Positions 47,101 to 55,741 are shown, counted from the first letter of the stretch. The stretch: DNA of 64,000 nucleotides from Schmidtea nova (GCA_044892505.1 CM097882.1:209870001-209934000), one strand, 5' to 3'. Notes: generated by a model not told the origin, from the letters alone. Translations and numbers: made by a program.

Positions 47101-50100
47101 GACACTCAAAAGACATACATCGAAAAAAGAGGTTATTGAAGATACTTGCAAAAATGAAAGGAACAAACGAAGATGTCGGAAGGAAATTCAAAAAGATAAT
47201 GCAAGACGAGCAAGCAAGGCGACAACTAAAGAAAGAAAGGAAAGGATTATGGGAAAGAGTGAGAGGATATCGAACGCAGGATGACTCAAGCAATGATGAC
47301 GACGATGACGATCAAGGAGGACAAGCGAATATAAACCAGATTCCACAGTATAACGAAAAGAGTGCAGTTGAGAATTGGAGATACAGTGCTCCACCCCAGT
47401 CAATGTATAACGAACCGATATACAAAGCGAAGCCGAATATGATGCAGATGATGCCGATGACAAGTATATACCCGATAATTCCAGAAGGATGTAAAGTAAA
47501 ACGATGCAGAAGTGTAGACCCGTTGGAAGACACGCACACGATAGCGGTTATGTCCACAAATATGGGACCGATTTTAACAACAACCGTAGAAATAAACGGA
47601 AGAGAAATTGAAGCTATGATCGATACAGGCGCGAATATTTCGGCAATCGACATCAATTATATACCAGAGAAAAACCAAGGAGAAATAGAGAAGACGAATG
47701 TTCATGTAATCGCGTGCAGTCAAGAGACAGTAGAAGTAGCCGGAAGATGGTTTGTAAAAATTAAGCATCGAGGTGCAGAAATCAACACGTACATCGCTGT
47801 AATACCATCGCTGAGTGTACCATGTATTATTGGAACTGACCTGATGCCAGACCTGTTCAAGGAAATCGTAATTGATCTAGGAGCAATGAAGCTAAAAGAT
47901 AGAACAGGAAAAATCTGCAGAATGAAAGTTAAAGTGGCAAGTACAGAACAAATAGTAGTGCCAGCGAGACACGAAATGATGTGCTATGTCAAGATCGATT
48001 CAACAATAAAGGGAGATATGATATTCGAACCAAGTAAGAAGTTCGAAGCGAAGAAAGAATTACCAATGGCCAGAGAATTGGTTACGATAAACCAAGAAGG
48101 TGAGATACTGATTAATCTGGTGAACTTCGACGAGGAGGACAAGATAATATACGAGAATGAGAATTTGGGTAAATTGACACCCATGTCCGAAATCGAGATA
48201 CCAGACAAGAACGTGAAAAGCAAAAGCGAATTACCATGGAAAATCGACAGTGTGTTGTTAGACGAACGACAAAAAGAACAGTTACAGAAACTGTTGATGG
48301 AATATCAAGACATATTCGCAGCATCAGATCTGGATTTAGGAACATGTGACGTAACATTACATACGATACCGTTGACAGACGAAACGCCAATCGCATTAAG
48401 ACCATATAAATTGGCAGAAGCTCAAAAAGCAGTGGCAGAAGAAGAGGTACAAAAGATGTTAGATGCAGAGGTCATCGAACCTAGTTGCTCACCCTGGCAA
48501 TTCCCAGTGGTGATGGTGAAAAAGAAGGATGGAACTCAGAGATTCTATATCGATTACAGACGATTGAACGCAGTTACGAAAAGAGATACGTACCCACTGC
48601 CAGATATAAACGAAATGTTGTTGACGTTACAAGGAGCAGCTTATTTCACGTCACTGGATTTAAAAAGTGGATATTGGCAGATCAAAATGAAAGACGAGGA
48701 TAAAGAGAAGACAGCATTTACAATCGGACGAGATCTGTACCAATTCAAGAAAATGCCGTTTGGGTTAACAAACGCGCCAGCATCATTCCAGAGATGCATG
48801 AATTTCGTAACACATGGCATAAAACAATGCATGGTGTATATTGACGATCTATTGATCTACTCCGCAACATTTGAAGATCACTTGCAAGACATCAGAAATG
48901 TGTTCGTGAAATTGAGACAGTGGAAACTGAAATTAAAGCCGTCAAAGTGCGATTGGGCAAAAGAGAAAGTGACATTCTTAGGTCACATTGTATCAGCAAA
49001 AGGAAAAGAACCAGATCCAAGGAATATCGAAAAAGTTAAAGAATGTCCACCACCAAAGACAGTGACTCAAATACAAGAATTTTTGGGATTGTGTGGATAT
49101 TATCGAAAATTTATCAAGGACTATGCAGGACTCTCAAAACCAATGCAAGAATTGGTAAGACAAGATGTATCGTTCGTATGGGGAGGAGAACAACAAGCAG
49201 CATTTGAAACACTACGGGACAAGCTGATTACAGCACCAATATTGGTCCATCCAGATTTTAAGAAGCCATTTTTGTTGGCAACAGATGCAAGTGGATACGC
49301 AGCAGGAGCAGTACTAGGCCAATTTGATGAGGAAGGCAAGGAAAGAGTAATTGGATATTACAGTCGAACATTCAGAAAGCATGAAAAGAATTACTCAGTC
49401 ACGGAAAGAGAAGCCTATGCGATAATATTGGCAATCAAGCATTTCAAGTACCTATTGTGGGGTCATGAAATATATATCACGACGGATCATCAACCATTGG
49501 TATGGTTAGGTCAACATAAAGAATCATCAAGTAGATTGATGCGTTGGGCGATGCAGTTGCAGGAATACTCGCCATTCATAAAGTTTAAAGCAGGAAAAGC
49601 AAATGCGAACGCGGATTGCATGTCAAGGTTTACATTCCCAGAATTGGTGAACCTAAATGCTCTAAAAATATGTGCATTAATAGCGGAGGATTTGGATTTC
49701 AGCGAATTAAGGAAAGATCAACTCGAAGATGAGGAGTTGGGATTGATCAGCAAGTATTTGAAAGAAAGGGAAATAGAAATATTCGGCAAAAACCAAGTGT
49801 TGCGCGAACATATGCAAAAATACCAACATAGATACGTGATGGAAAAAGGATGGTTATTGATACAAGATGGAGAACGAAGATTGATGTGCTTACCTGCGAA
49901 TAGACGAAAGGAAATCATGACTCAATATCATGACGGAAAATTAGGCGGACATATGTCAGCAAAAAAGACAATCGGGAGATTGAGACAAAAGTATTTTTGG
50001 CCAACCATGGAAGATGAAGTGAAAGAATGGATAAAGAACTGCTTAACCTGTGCGACAAGAAAGAACGTCGGAACGAAGTGGAAAACACCACTAAAACCAA

Positions 50101-53100
50101 TGCCAATACCTGCAGAACCTATGGCAACGATAGCAATGGATGTAGTTGGACCATTGCCAGAAAGTTTAAAAGGAAATCAATATATATTAATAGTCACGGA
50201 CTATCTAACAAAGTTCCCAGAAGCATTCGCAATACCGGATCAAAAAGCGAAAACAGTCGCGAGAATATTGGTGGAAGAAATATGCTGCAGATATGGAACA
50301 CCAAAGAAAATCCTAACGGATCAAGGAACGAATTTCATGAGTGAAATATTGGACGAAGTTACGAATTACTTCAGAATTGCGAAATTACGAACATCCCCAT
50401 ACCATCCACAAACGAACGGTCAAACAGAAAGATTCAATGGAACATTGATACGCATGTTGTCAAATTATGTCAGTAAACATCAAACTGACTGGGATGAGTA
50501 TATAAACCTGTGTTTAATGGCATATAGAATGTCAATACATGCGGCAACAAAGCTAAGTCCATTTCAACTGATGTACGGAAGAGATTGCAACTTACCGATC
50601 GATTTAGAATACCAACCACCATTATCACAGTACATGGAGGTTGACGATTACGTTACAAAGTTCAAAGAAAGAATGCAAGAAATCTGGAAAACAGCGGAAC
50701 TGAACATCAAGTTCTATCAAGAGAGTTACAAGGATCTGCATGATCAGAAAAAGAATGTGAAAGCACATGATTTAAAAGTTGGAGATTGGGTGATAATCGA
50801 GACACCAGAGATAATACCCGGTACGGTCAAGAAACTCCAACGACCAGGCAAAGGGCCATATGAAATAACAACAGTAAACGAAAACAATGTGCGGGTACGA
50901 TTGGTGAACAATCCATTGGTAAGACCAATATACGTGAATGCATGTCGATGCAGGAAAATCCCAAAGACAGCAACTCTATCACCAGAAAAACGGGTAATTA
51001 CAAGATCACAGACGGCGAGAATCAGTATGTTACGAGTACAACAAAAGCCGCAAACAAGTCTAGAAGACAACCGAAGAGAAGCAATAGATAGCAAAGAACT
51101 GGCAAAGAGGACCAGAGAAATTATACCAGAATGGAAATGGTGGTTCGATTTCAATATATTGACAGAAGTTCGAAAGAATGTAATGGAGTATTCGAAGGAT
51201 AGAACAGCACATCCAATAACAAGAACGCTGCTAGAGGAAATCCCTCAAACATTGAACCTACAAGACAAAGACGGTAACACAGCGTTGCACAATGCAATCA
51301 AGCACAGTGGGAACGAAAAAGTGAAAGAGATCGTAGAGATGATACTCGAAGGTGGAGGAGAAATTGACAAAGTGAATTGGGAAGGAATCACTCCACTTAT
51401 GATGATGACAATTCACGGAAGAAACGATGAGATAGTCAAGCTATTCGGAAACACCAGATCAAATTGGATGACAAAGGATAAAGAAGGACGAACATTCTTA
51501 AATCATGCAATTGATAGAGCGAATCACCGAATACTAAAGTATATCACGGAAAACGCCACGTGGGAAATCGATGAACTAACTAGAGGATCGATCATGAAAC
51601 AAGCAATCGGAGTAAGAAACAGTAAAACCTGGAGAATACTGCTAAAGTGGAAACGACCAGAAGGAGATTCGTGGGTCATAGATTGTAATGAAGTGTTCAC
51701 AAGAGGAGAAAATGCGTTACTGAAACATCTACTAGAGGTAACATACGATCCAAAAACACTTGCAGTGTTAATAGCGAGAGATACGTTACGGGTTAGCGAA
51801 AACCCAAGAGAATTCAAGTTGGAAGACAGAAAGAAAGAACTATTCGGATTAATCAGGAAATGGTGTGATAAGCAATGGAATGCGCATATGAGCTTCGAAC
51901 ATTTTTATGACATTCAAAAGCAGCACAAAGAAATAAACAAGAGATATAAAGAGCTGATAGAAGCATTGAAATATGGACATTTCTTCAGACAAGCAGTGTA
52001 CCAAGACCAACGGAGGAAACAGATGCAAACACGAATAAGAAGCAAAGCCGTGTTGTTCAATGCAAAAGCCGATGATCAAGAGAGATTAGACGCAATCGTA
52101 GCAAAAGCACAGGAAAAACTATCGGAATTCAAGGAGAATAAAAACTCGTTGGAAATACTAGGAGCAATTACAGAGAAAGTGCACAGATACGCACAAGGAG
52201 ATTATAACGAAAGTGACATAGAAACGATCAAGAATCAAATGCCAGTGGCATTCCTTTTATCAAAGGATGGGAGATTACCGATACACTGGGCATTACGTCG
52301 AAAGAAAGAAAACGAAGTGCTGGAAATAACGAAAGCAATGATAAAGTGCGAAGCAGATATGAATATGGTTGATGATAACGGAGACACAATAATGATAATC
52401 GCAGCAAGAAAGAAGACGAAATTGAAAGTGCTACACGAGTTATACGAAGCAGGAGCCAAAATCGAAGGGAAAAATGGAAAGAAAAATTCCATCATAGATA
52501 TCGCAATACAGTGGAACAACTTCGAGATGATCAAGTTCATAAAGTCCATCAAGAGACAAGAGGACATAGAATACCTGGCAAATAACGTAAAGAAGTTCAG
52601 TCTGACAGTAATGATACACGACATAGAGAAAACGAGAGCATTACTAACATGGGTGAATCCGATCACCAAAGAACCAGCGCTCAAGATCAATGACCATATG
52701 GAACAGAATCAGAATTGGTGTATCAGAAGCGCGTTATTAAGACACAAAAAGCCAGAGATAGTAGAAGAATTCTTAAAGAGAAGAGATTTGAAGTTCACGA
52801 ACAATCCAAAGGAACCCGAACGAACGGGAAGATGGAAAGACTTGTTCAGAAAATATGTGAATGAATGGGCAAATGCCAAAGAAACGATCAAACAAAGTAG
52901 ACTAAAAGACATAGAACCATCCAAAGATATGGAAATACGGGAATTCGAGTCTAGCACACTCACAGTTCAAGCGTATGAAAGATTGATTGAAGAAATCAAT
53001 GTCGAGGACGACATTTTCAAAGGACCAGGGGGTGGTTACAGAGATTTCGACGACAAAAGCAACAACGAAGAGAACAACGAAGACAATGACAACAAAAGAA

Positions 53101-55175
53101 CGGAGGATAATGAAAAAGAAAGACAAGAAGAACCGAAGCCAACGAGAAACGACAAGAAAGGAGAAGCAGAAGAACGAGAAAACAGTGGAACAAAAGACGA
53201 ACATGCGAACTATGGAAAACGAACAGGAAGTCTACTTTTGAGACCAGAAATGTTGTGTATTGCGATATTGATAACAATCATCGGACAAGGAGAAGCCAAG
53301 AAACAATACGTCACGCTAGAGATAATCAGAGGAAATGAAGTATATGAAAGAATATGCTGGAAAGAAAACCTGAAGAAAAACGATACGCTGAAGTGTATAT
53401 TGTCAGATCTGAAGCGAGACGTCATCCAAATCAAAGGATTGGAGAAAGAAAAATCATACATAATATGCGCAATAAAGCAGAGAGGAGAACCAAAAGCACC
53501 TCAAGTAACTGCATGTCAATTATATAAAGCAACAGAAGCGCTGAAAATACAGAAATGGATTGGAAAAAGAAGCGAAGAGACAACGAGAAGAACAGAAGTG
53601 GAACCAGAGAAAGGGAAGAATCAAACCGAAACAGAAGAAGGAATCGGAAACCAAACAGAGAAAGAAAGAATAACCAAAAATCCAGCGGGAAAATTAACAT
53701 TCCAACCAGAATTGATATGTGTAGCATTAATATTAATCCTCATTAAGAGAATCATGGAGGACATAGATATCAGCGTGATGACGTTAGTAAATATCCAAGA
53801 CCAACGAACAACGAACGGAAGATGTTGGGGACGAAACAATGAAGTAATTGGAATCAGCGAAACAAGAGAAAGCCGAGAAGTAGAGACAAATGAAGAAATC
53901 GAAATAACCAAAATACACACAGATAGAAAATGTGAACTATGTCTCATGGAAAAAGCAGCAAACGGAAACAGACCAGGAACAAGCGAGTGTAAAGTGTTCC
54001 AAGCAAAGGAGATAATTGAGTTCCCAAAAAGAAGGAAACAAGATCAAGAAACGATTACAAATAAAGTAGTAACTGTGGAGATAAAAAACATTGGTCGGAG
54101 AACAATTGGGATGTGTTGGAGAAAATACATCGGAGTAACGACCAGTCACGTACTACCGCAATGCAGAACGAGAGAACGAGGAATCCCGTTTCAATTAAAT
54201 GGATTCGAAGTCGGACAAGCATATGAAATTTGCGTAATCCGAAGAATAAGAGAAATAATACAAAGAAGCCTGGAATGTAAACTATACAAGACGCCAGAGC
54301 AAATTAACGGAACAAGAACGATCGAAATGGGAGGAAGTCGACAGAGGAAAAGAAAGTCAAGAAAAACCACGACAACCAACAGTCAAGGAGTTCAACAGGC
54401 AACAATAGAAAAGACGACAATAGAAAACGAACCGGAATCAACAACGTTGATAATATGGAAGATCCATAAAAAGGTCCTAGAAATCTGTTGGACGTTGATG
54501 CCAAACAGTATGGGAAAGTCCCCACGAAACTGTCAAAAGACATCAAATGACAAAAGGGAAACAATCGAGGTAGAAATGAGAAAGTTGAAAACAAACGCAG
54601 AATACGAAGTGTGTGCAATCGAAGAAGTAGATGCACAAGGAAACCCACAAGAAAGGTGCGAAACCTATTACACGCCAAGGAACATAACGATAAAGGGGAG
54701 AACCCGCAAGTTAGAATTCCGAGAATTGAGTCAGAAGAGAAAACAAAACGAGAAGGAGGAGACAATACCAAGTCGACAAGAAAAATGGGAACCAGAGAAA
54801 GTGATCGAAGAAGTCAGACGGAGACAACAACAATACGAACAATGGGAAGCAGAATGGAAAGGTCAATATGGCGTGATGATAAACCAAAGTGAGACTCCAA
54901 GAAGGAGCATTGGGAAAACAATAATGGGATTAATCAGCATGGGAGTATTCATAGCGTGTATTCCACTGATAACGATCATGATAGTATGTTGGAGATATGG
55001 CATGAGAAATAAGACCATAGCAGTAAAATGGCCGGACGTAAAAGTCACGAATTACAACATAAAACTACCAAAAGAAGTACGAGAAGAGCTGAAAAGACGA
55101 TCAAAACACGAAGAAATGTGGGTACAGATCGAGGACGAGGAACTGTACGAAGGAAAACCAGTGATAGTTGTATAG
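40299..55175 (+). CDS. 4,958-aa Gag-(UBL/Bcl-2-like)-Env-PR-RT-RH-IN-Ank-FN3-like-TM polyprotein
   Basis: Single uninterrupted ORF carrying all canonical retroelement motifs plus extra domains. Confidence 0.97.
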   Translation: MSEHREDLREKFKGEPFNGDASRLDTFLKEFGIFVDICGWSAETLANRIPLYLKDSALDLYIEKRSGSSPPRTWEAIKEFFQQTFGINKVLNEAFDEFSARKQRRNESNAVYASELRKLAKLAFNRGSPVDEELMTALFVRGLRRPDIRAQVGCKGCKTVDEALEAANLFELHMAMNDMRITAVMGKMTEDEEQGKRNMNQSIPHSQRLFKEPPARKNNGYITVNPNGGNSYNDRQNRQCQTCGKNGHWQQDCFQNVACKLCGQKGHSENRCYGKTCYTCGKTGHMSRDCNQQRSWSNSGNRPNYGNRPSYGNQGQQRNNPNSSANEVSMKEAKLRQEVSRLHEIIESMAKGSQQAAQPKINMIQLIEAEAERENRESQQKHNQEWARIRREEEQVRQQRLQQLKKGNPRINMMRARMEKKQQDESDELEVKEKRNEEQKQEEVNQEVEVAEQNQKAEEVEKETNQEAEVRIKQRGMLVIMPNDHVWRFKYDVKEEVGRLFNKVNEMIPGVTKLPREAFLQTEDLPEVKLKMTDIWEDMGVTETKINVMIIREVEPEKIPPPVKHQTRISRIFKGKIRRRRLEEIDELEKRMGKAEVTGNENELIQEVSKNEARPTAHIGMLRHPRQELSDEEDNSEVSSLAGDMLKEPENEDKKMEVVETMETVSVTEDEIQKLMDNALEVIHNEEFIDKKRYRKFIRAVWQMKYKEWLQEREVRVIQEFIEKLLKEPLNEYVIQIWINECSPRIWIRNPMTDGIYRWVEDRLGSSYKDKFIYSENGLVRKGTHMIDTGIWPGEITTLSIRNTKKEENLQGIVKEANTCYEMRIKPQLLEAKERILAENLNTIIEQIIQQIKKHRKELTKSEYENLKQCIENIRDTSQTRHSNFKTDKLIAKMGKEMFKRGEVSDLKITVRLPNEETKQIEVIPDSKVGEIVDVINETILQREREDEFEDYIAIKYKEHLLNERDERRAYKIGIWDNYQTIHVIRMDDVQRATPKDEERRKKRQEDVMRKLRQIVEIYRNWQMKPELETILGELDLNRRRVTPVGKQWDSKEKCWKVKRGVYEEDPEVEDRYEPNTKRICMVTRRLLPTDLDGPETAVIWAELEKQKTSELIELLRGNTRGKRQTIKGLAQFIISNGEDITNLRKVAKAIAEYKRVNEWCPEQLDDVIKKWRNREFAEEMPQKIHLRIMYPNQRKEEFWVMLTEKVKSIKEKLMYELPFHLQHQGRSLDNSLEIWLTPVQLDLMNTLTVAQIVGQPLKFKEEKKPKGSMSTPSPMKSTMTPGTSSGQARTTPIKTRERTPPEAYDVDEILTDSDEAIEELTKLTQKPTANIFDKIIEMPITSPAEIDDQGVEQEVVIEMVNDSEDEQEQPQFTQEMERWLEQRANEGRDVTEETGRATRFVETGTGMEKRPRGRPKIDPTTAIPKTREERRQEQWEICLKKLDKIAEIRGKEENQVCQGEEWLTKTIMDVLAIIDPELKNLWRINEPSTKAKMLHNAIAPIMPELIKAKTKSNHLDWQGTTRLIKRLLSGAETDSKYLVAISYTIYNLLTLSRGSPKSSPMGRHIKNTAMIIEKEIEPYILRKGGWEKFIKENQTKEGSNVMRKKLEGVLREMENRQTMQGNGRSTLNLNSIIMMMLVWLLSTEGVTTFEVFDCDQMKLGEKYSLRGTEQCKDATPVELKEIKKEQWYHVYQEAELIKTMVNECKVQKTRFAFYCGRGHYSAIVMPGTEREPIVLQGEDCEALFKHGEVTTRDKIKIRGKPGMMLQQTYYVAGRITGGEGYCQGETYPIFGVPATNLVVMDTYIVELKSYEAFFEPTTGEMKTLSMCKIDRSMCQTGMSTLVYKPKVNECQLQLLQGAKFDEIQGKTFQEEDDDDKARAKHLKEALENKRQLKPDHREKRIEMRTTPTVLITTNQDVGMRFIKGKATLKCSTTVYETNYPGIYVSKQEVPNAKPKIDTMDIKLHLYVNNKMDFLFHRGQASLQKVYYDLINNDCILNREILKTKLAVAITNPDSAMPLLPLREGHFGRVVGEAMYVYICEKTHASLAATTQLKPGQCTNELEIDYKGKVRYVQPVTRIINPPGFEPNPFNCSNAYGPLYQKPDGKWVMFPGRTEVLAPREFELMQLSKDRQFSDVDVSNNGIYSPKDLEAARQNILFPARREALLSNIVTITGGTDYREGPNYELLLSPAHFKKATENMMKAMWGRFLIFGQMMAGILGVILIIQIVRVIITQMLACFDIYKREKKVNWKMVVGFLPFLAKTMVLHGHSKDIHRKKRLLKILAKMKGTNEDVGRKFKKIMQDEQARRQLKKERKGLWERVRGYRTQDDSSNDDDDDDQGGQANINQIPQYNEKSAVENWRYSAPPQSMYNEPIYKAKPNMMQMMPMTSIYPIIPEGCKVKRCRSVDPLEDTHTIAVMSTNMGPILTTTVEINGREIEAMIDTGANISAIDINYIPEKNQGEIEKTNVHVIACSQETVEVAGRWFVKIKHRGAEINTYIAVIPSLSVPCIIGTDLMPDLFKEIVIDLGAMKLKDRTGKICRMKVKVASTEQIVVPARHEMMCYVKIDSTIKGDMIFEPSKKFEAKKELPMARELVTINQEGEILINLVNFDEEDKIIYENENLGKLTPMSEIEIPDKNVKSKSELPWKIDSVLLDERQKEQLQKLLMEYQDIFAASDLDLGTCDVTLHTIPLTDETPIALRPYKLAEAQKAVAEEEVQKMLDAEVIEPSCSPWQFPVVMVKKKDGTQRFYIDYRRLNAVTKRDTYPLPDINEMLLTLQGAAYFTSLDLKSGYWQIKMKDEDKEKTAFTIGRDLYQFKKMPFGLTNAPASFQRCMNFVTHGIKQCMVYIDDLLIYSATFEDHLQDIRNVFVKLRQWKLKLKPSKCDWAKEKVTFLGHIVSAKGKEPDPRNIEKVKECPPPKTVTQIQEFLGLCGYYRKFIKDYAGLSKPMQELVRQDVSFVWGGEQQAAFETLRDKLITAPILVHPDFKKPFLLATDASGYAAGAVLGQFDEEGKERVIGYYSRTFRKHEKNYSVTEREAYAIILAIKHFKYLLWGHEIYITTDHQPLVWLGQHKESSSRLMRWAMQLQEYSPFIKFKAGKANANADCMSRFTFPELVNLNALKICALIAEDLDFSELRKDQLEDEELGLISKYLKEREIEIFGKNQVLREHMQKYQHRYVMEKGWLLIQDGERRLMCLPANRRKEIMTQYHDGKLGGHMSAKKTIGRLRQKYFWPTMEDEVKEWIKNCLTCATRKNVGTKWKTPLKPMPIPAEPMATIAMDVVGPLPESLKGNQYILIVTDYLTKFPEAFAIPDQKAKTVARILVEEICCRYGTPKKILTDQGTNFMSEILDEVTNYFRIAKLRTSPYHPQTNGQTERFNGTLIRMLSNYVSKHQTDWDEYINLCLMAYRMSIHAATKLSPFQLMYGRDCNLPIDLEYQPPLSQYMEVDDYVTKFKERMQEIWKTAELNIKFYQESYKDLHDQKKNVKAHDLKVGDWVIIETPEIIPGTVKKLQRPGKGPYEITTVNENNVRVRLVNNPLVRPIYVNACRCRKIPKTATLSPEKRVITRSQTARISMLRVQQKPQTSLEDNRREAIDSKELAKRTREIIPEWKWWFDFNILTEVRKNVMEYSKDRTAHPITRTLLEEIPQTLNLQDKDGNTALHNAIKHSGNEKVKEIVEMILEGGGEIDKVNWEGITPLMMMTIHGRNDEIVKLFGNTRSNWMTKDKEGRTFLNHAIDRANHRILKYITENATWEIDELTRGSIMKQAIGVRNSKTWRILLKWKRPEGDSWVIDCNEVFTRGENALLKHLLEVTYDPKTLAVLIARDTLRVSENPREFKLEDRKKELFGLIRKWCDKQWNAHMSFEHFYDIQKQHKEINKRYKELIEALKYGHFFRQAVYQDQRRKQMQTRIRSKAVLFNAKADDQERLDAIVAKAQEKLSEFKENKNSLEILGAITEKVHRYAQGDYNESDIETIKNQMPVAFLLSKDGRLPIHWALRRKKENEVLEITKAMIKCEADMNMVDDNGDTIMIIAARKKTKLKVLHELYEAGAKIEGKNGKKNSIIDIAIQWNNFEMIKFIKSIKRQEDIEYLANNVKKFSLTVMIHDIEKTRALLTWVNPITKEPALKINDHMEQNQNWCIRSALLRHKKPEIVEEFLKRRDLKFTNNPKEPERTGRWKDLFRKYVNEWANAKETIKQSRLKDIEPSKDMEIREFESSTLTVQAYERLIEEINVEDDIFKGPGGGYRDFDDKSNNEENNEDNDNKRTEDNEKERQEEPKPTRNDKKGEAEERENSGTKDEHANYGKRTGSLLLRPEMLCIAILITIIGQGEAKKQYVTLEIIRGNEVYERICWKENLKKNDTLKCILSDLKRDVIQIKGLEKEKSYIICAIKQRGEPKAPQVTACQLYKATEALKIQKWIGKRSEETTRRTEVEPEKGKNQTETEEGIGNQTEKERITKNPAGKLTFQPELICVALILILIKRIMEDIDISVMTLVNIQDQRTTNGRCWGRNNEVIGISETRESREVETNEEIEITKIHTDRKCELCLMEKAANGNRPGTSECKVFQAKEIIEFPKRRKQDQETITNKVVTVEIKNIGRRTIGMCWRKYIGVTTSHVLPQCRTRERGIPFQLNGFEVGQAYEICVIRRIREIIQRSLECKLYKTPEQINGTRTIEMGGSRQRKRKSRKTTTTNSQGVQQATIEKTTIENEPESTTLIIWKIHKKVLEICWTLMPNSMGKSPRNCQKTSNDKRETIEVEMRKLKTNAEYEVCAIEEVDAQGNPQERCETYYTPRNITIKGRTRKLEFRELSQKRKQNEKEETIPSRQEKWEPEKVIEEVRRRQQQYEQWEAEWKGQYGVMINQSETPRRSIGKTIMGLISMGVFIACIPLITIMIVCWRYGMRNKTIAVKWPDVKVTNYNIKLPKEVREELKRRSKHEEMWVQIEDEELYEGKPVIVV
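41720..44055 (+). other. Region with up to four ubiquitin-like (beta-grasp) domains
   Basis: For example LKITVRLPNEETKQIEVIPDSKVGEIVDVI..IAIKYKEHLL..IGIWDNYQTIHVI and IHLRIMYPNQRKEEFWV..VKSIKEKL..FHLQHQGRSLDN; pattern match by eye. Confidence 0.55.
44590..45090 (+). other. Bcl-2-like domain
   Basis: BH1-like LDWQGTTRLI and BH2-like IEPYILRKGGWEKF, conserved in element A. Confidence 0.6.
45180..47100 (+). other. env: Env-like glycoprotein (chuvirus/herpes gB-type) with signal peptide, furin-like REKR site (45990-46001) and TM
   Basis: FEVFDC..YSL..C, FYCG..HYS, GE.MYVYIC, C.NEL...Y.G..RYVQPVTRII, GIYSPKDLEAARQNILFPARR match the chuvirus glycoprotein pattern as I recall it. Confidence 0.8.
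47553..47910 (+). other. Retropepsin-type aspartic protease
   Basis: VEINGREIEAMIDTGANISAI ... IIGTDL. Confidence 0.95.
47920..48185 (+). other. Degenerate dUTPase-fold-like spacer common in animal Gypsy pol
   Basis: IVVPARHEMMC..MAR.LV..I.INLVNF....IIYENENLG; catalytic motifs not evident. Confidence 0.4.
48309..49630 (+). other. pol: Reverse transcriptase and RNase H
   Basis: SPWQFPVVMVKKKDG, LDLKSGYWQI, MPFGLTNAPASFQ, YIDD, FLGH; LATDASGY, EREAYA, TDHQPL. Confidence 0.98.
49880..50960 (+). other. Integrase (HHCC, DDE core, GPY/F)
   Basis: YHDGKLGGH..CLTC; MDVVGP, TDQGTNF, GQTERFN; KKLQRPGKGPYEI. Confidence 0.97.
51240..52760 (+). other. Two ankyrin-repeat clusters fused after integrase
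   Basis: DKDGNTALHNAI, NWEGITPLMM, DKEGRTFLNHAI; KDGRLPIHWAL, DDNGDTIMIIAA, LYEAGAKI. Confidence 0.85.
53230..55000 (+). other. Hydrophobic signal-like segments, four FN3-like Cys modules and a C-terminal TM helix
   Basis: Repeated CW....C....L....Y.(I/V)C....C..Y.T; TM IMGLISMGVFIACIPLITIMIVCW (about 54918-54993). Confidence 0.55.
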
Positions 55176-55298
55176 AGGGTGGAATATGAGTGTAAATAAT
55201 AGTGTAAAAACCAATGCATAACCGTATACGTATGGGTATAAATATTATAAAACATAAAAACAGAAAAAAGAGAATGATGTATATAATCTAGAAAAACG

Positions 55299-55649
55299 AT
55301 GAATCAAGAAACCACAGAGATGTCAATGATGACAAGATGGAAAGTGCAATGTGACCTGCTAGCCAGAACAATAAACGAATTACAGAGCCAGTTGACGGCC
55401 AAAACGCAATTATTAACCGAAAGTTATAACTGTAATTTCGAAGCAATGAACAAAATCGAGATTCAACAACTACAGATAAACGAATTACAGAACGAGAATC
55501 GAACATTAAATGAAGTAAACAATTGGCAAGCAGAGGAAATTGACCGATTAACGAGACATGAAGAGGAAGAGATACCGGATAGTTGGACGAGCTGGATTGT
55601 AAATGAGATAGACGTGTATCCAGAGCCGGATTCAACTGAGGATGTATAG
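55299..55649 (+). CDS. 116-aa coiled-coil protein with acidic tail
   Basis: Intact ORF with the same strand and A-rich codon style as the polyprotein; YAG acceptor upstream. Confidence 0.65.
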   Translation: MNQETTEMSMMTRWKVQCDLLARTINELQSQLTAKTQLLTESYNCNFEAMNKIEIQQLQINELQNENRTLNEVNNWQAEEIDRLTRHEEEEIPDSWTSWIVNEIDVYPEPDSTEDV

Positions 55650-55741
55650 TGAATAAGCGGAAAATTGTGTAAATACGTGTAAATAAAGAACCAGAAAAAA
55701 AATCAAAAATATGGGGAAATTGATGTAAATATTGTTGTAGA

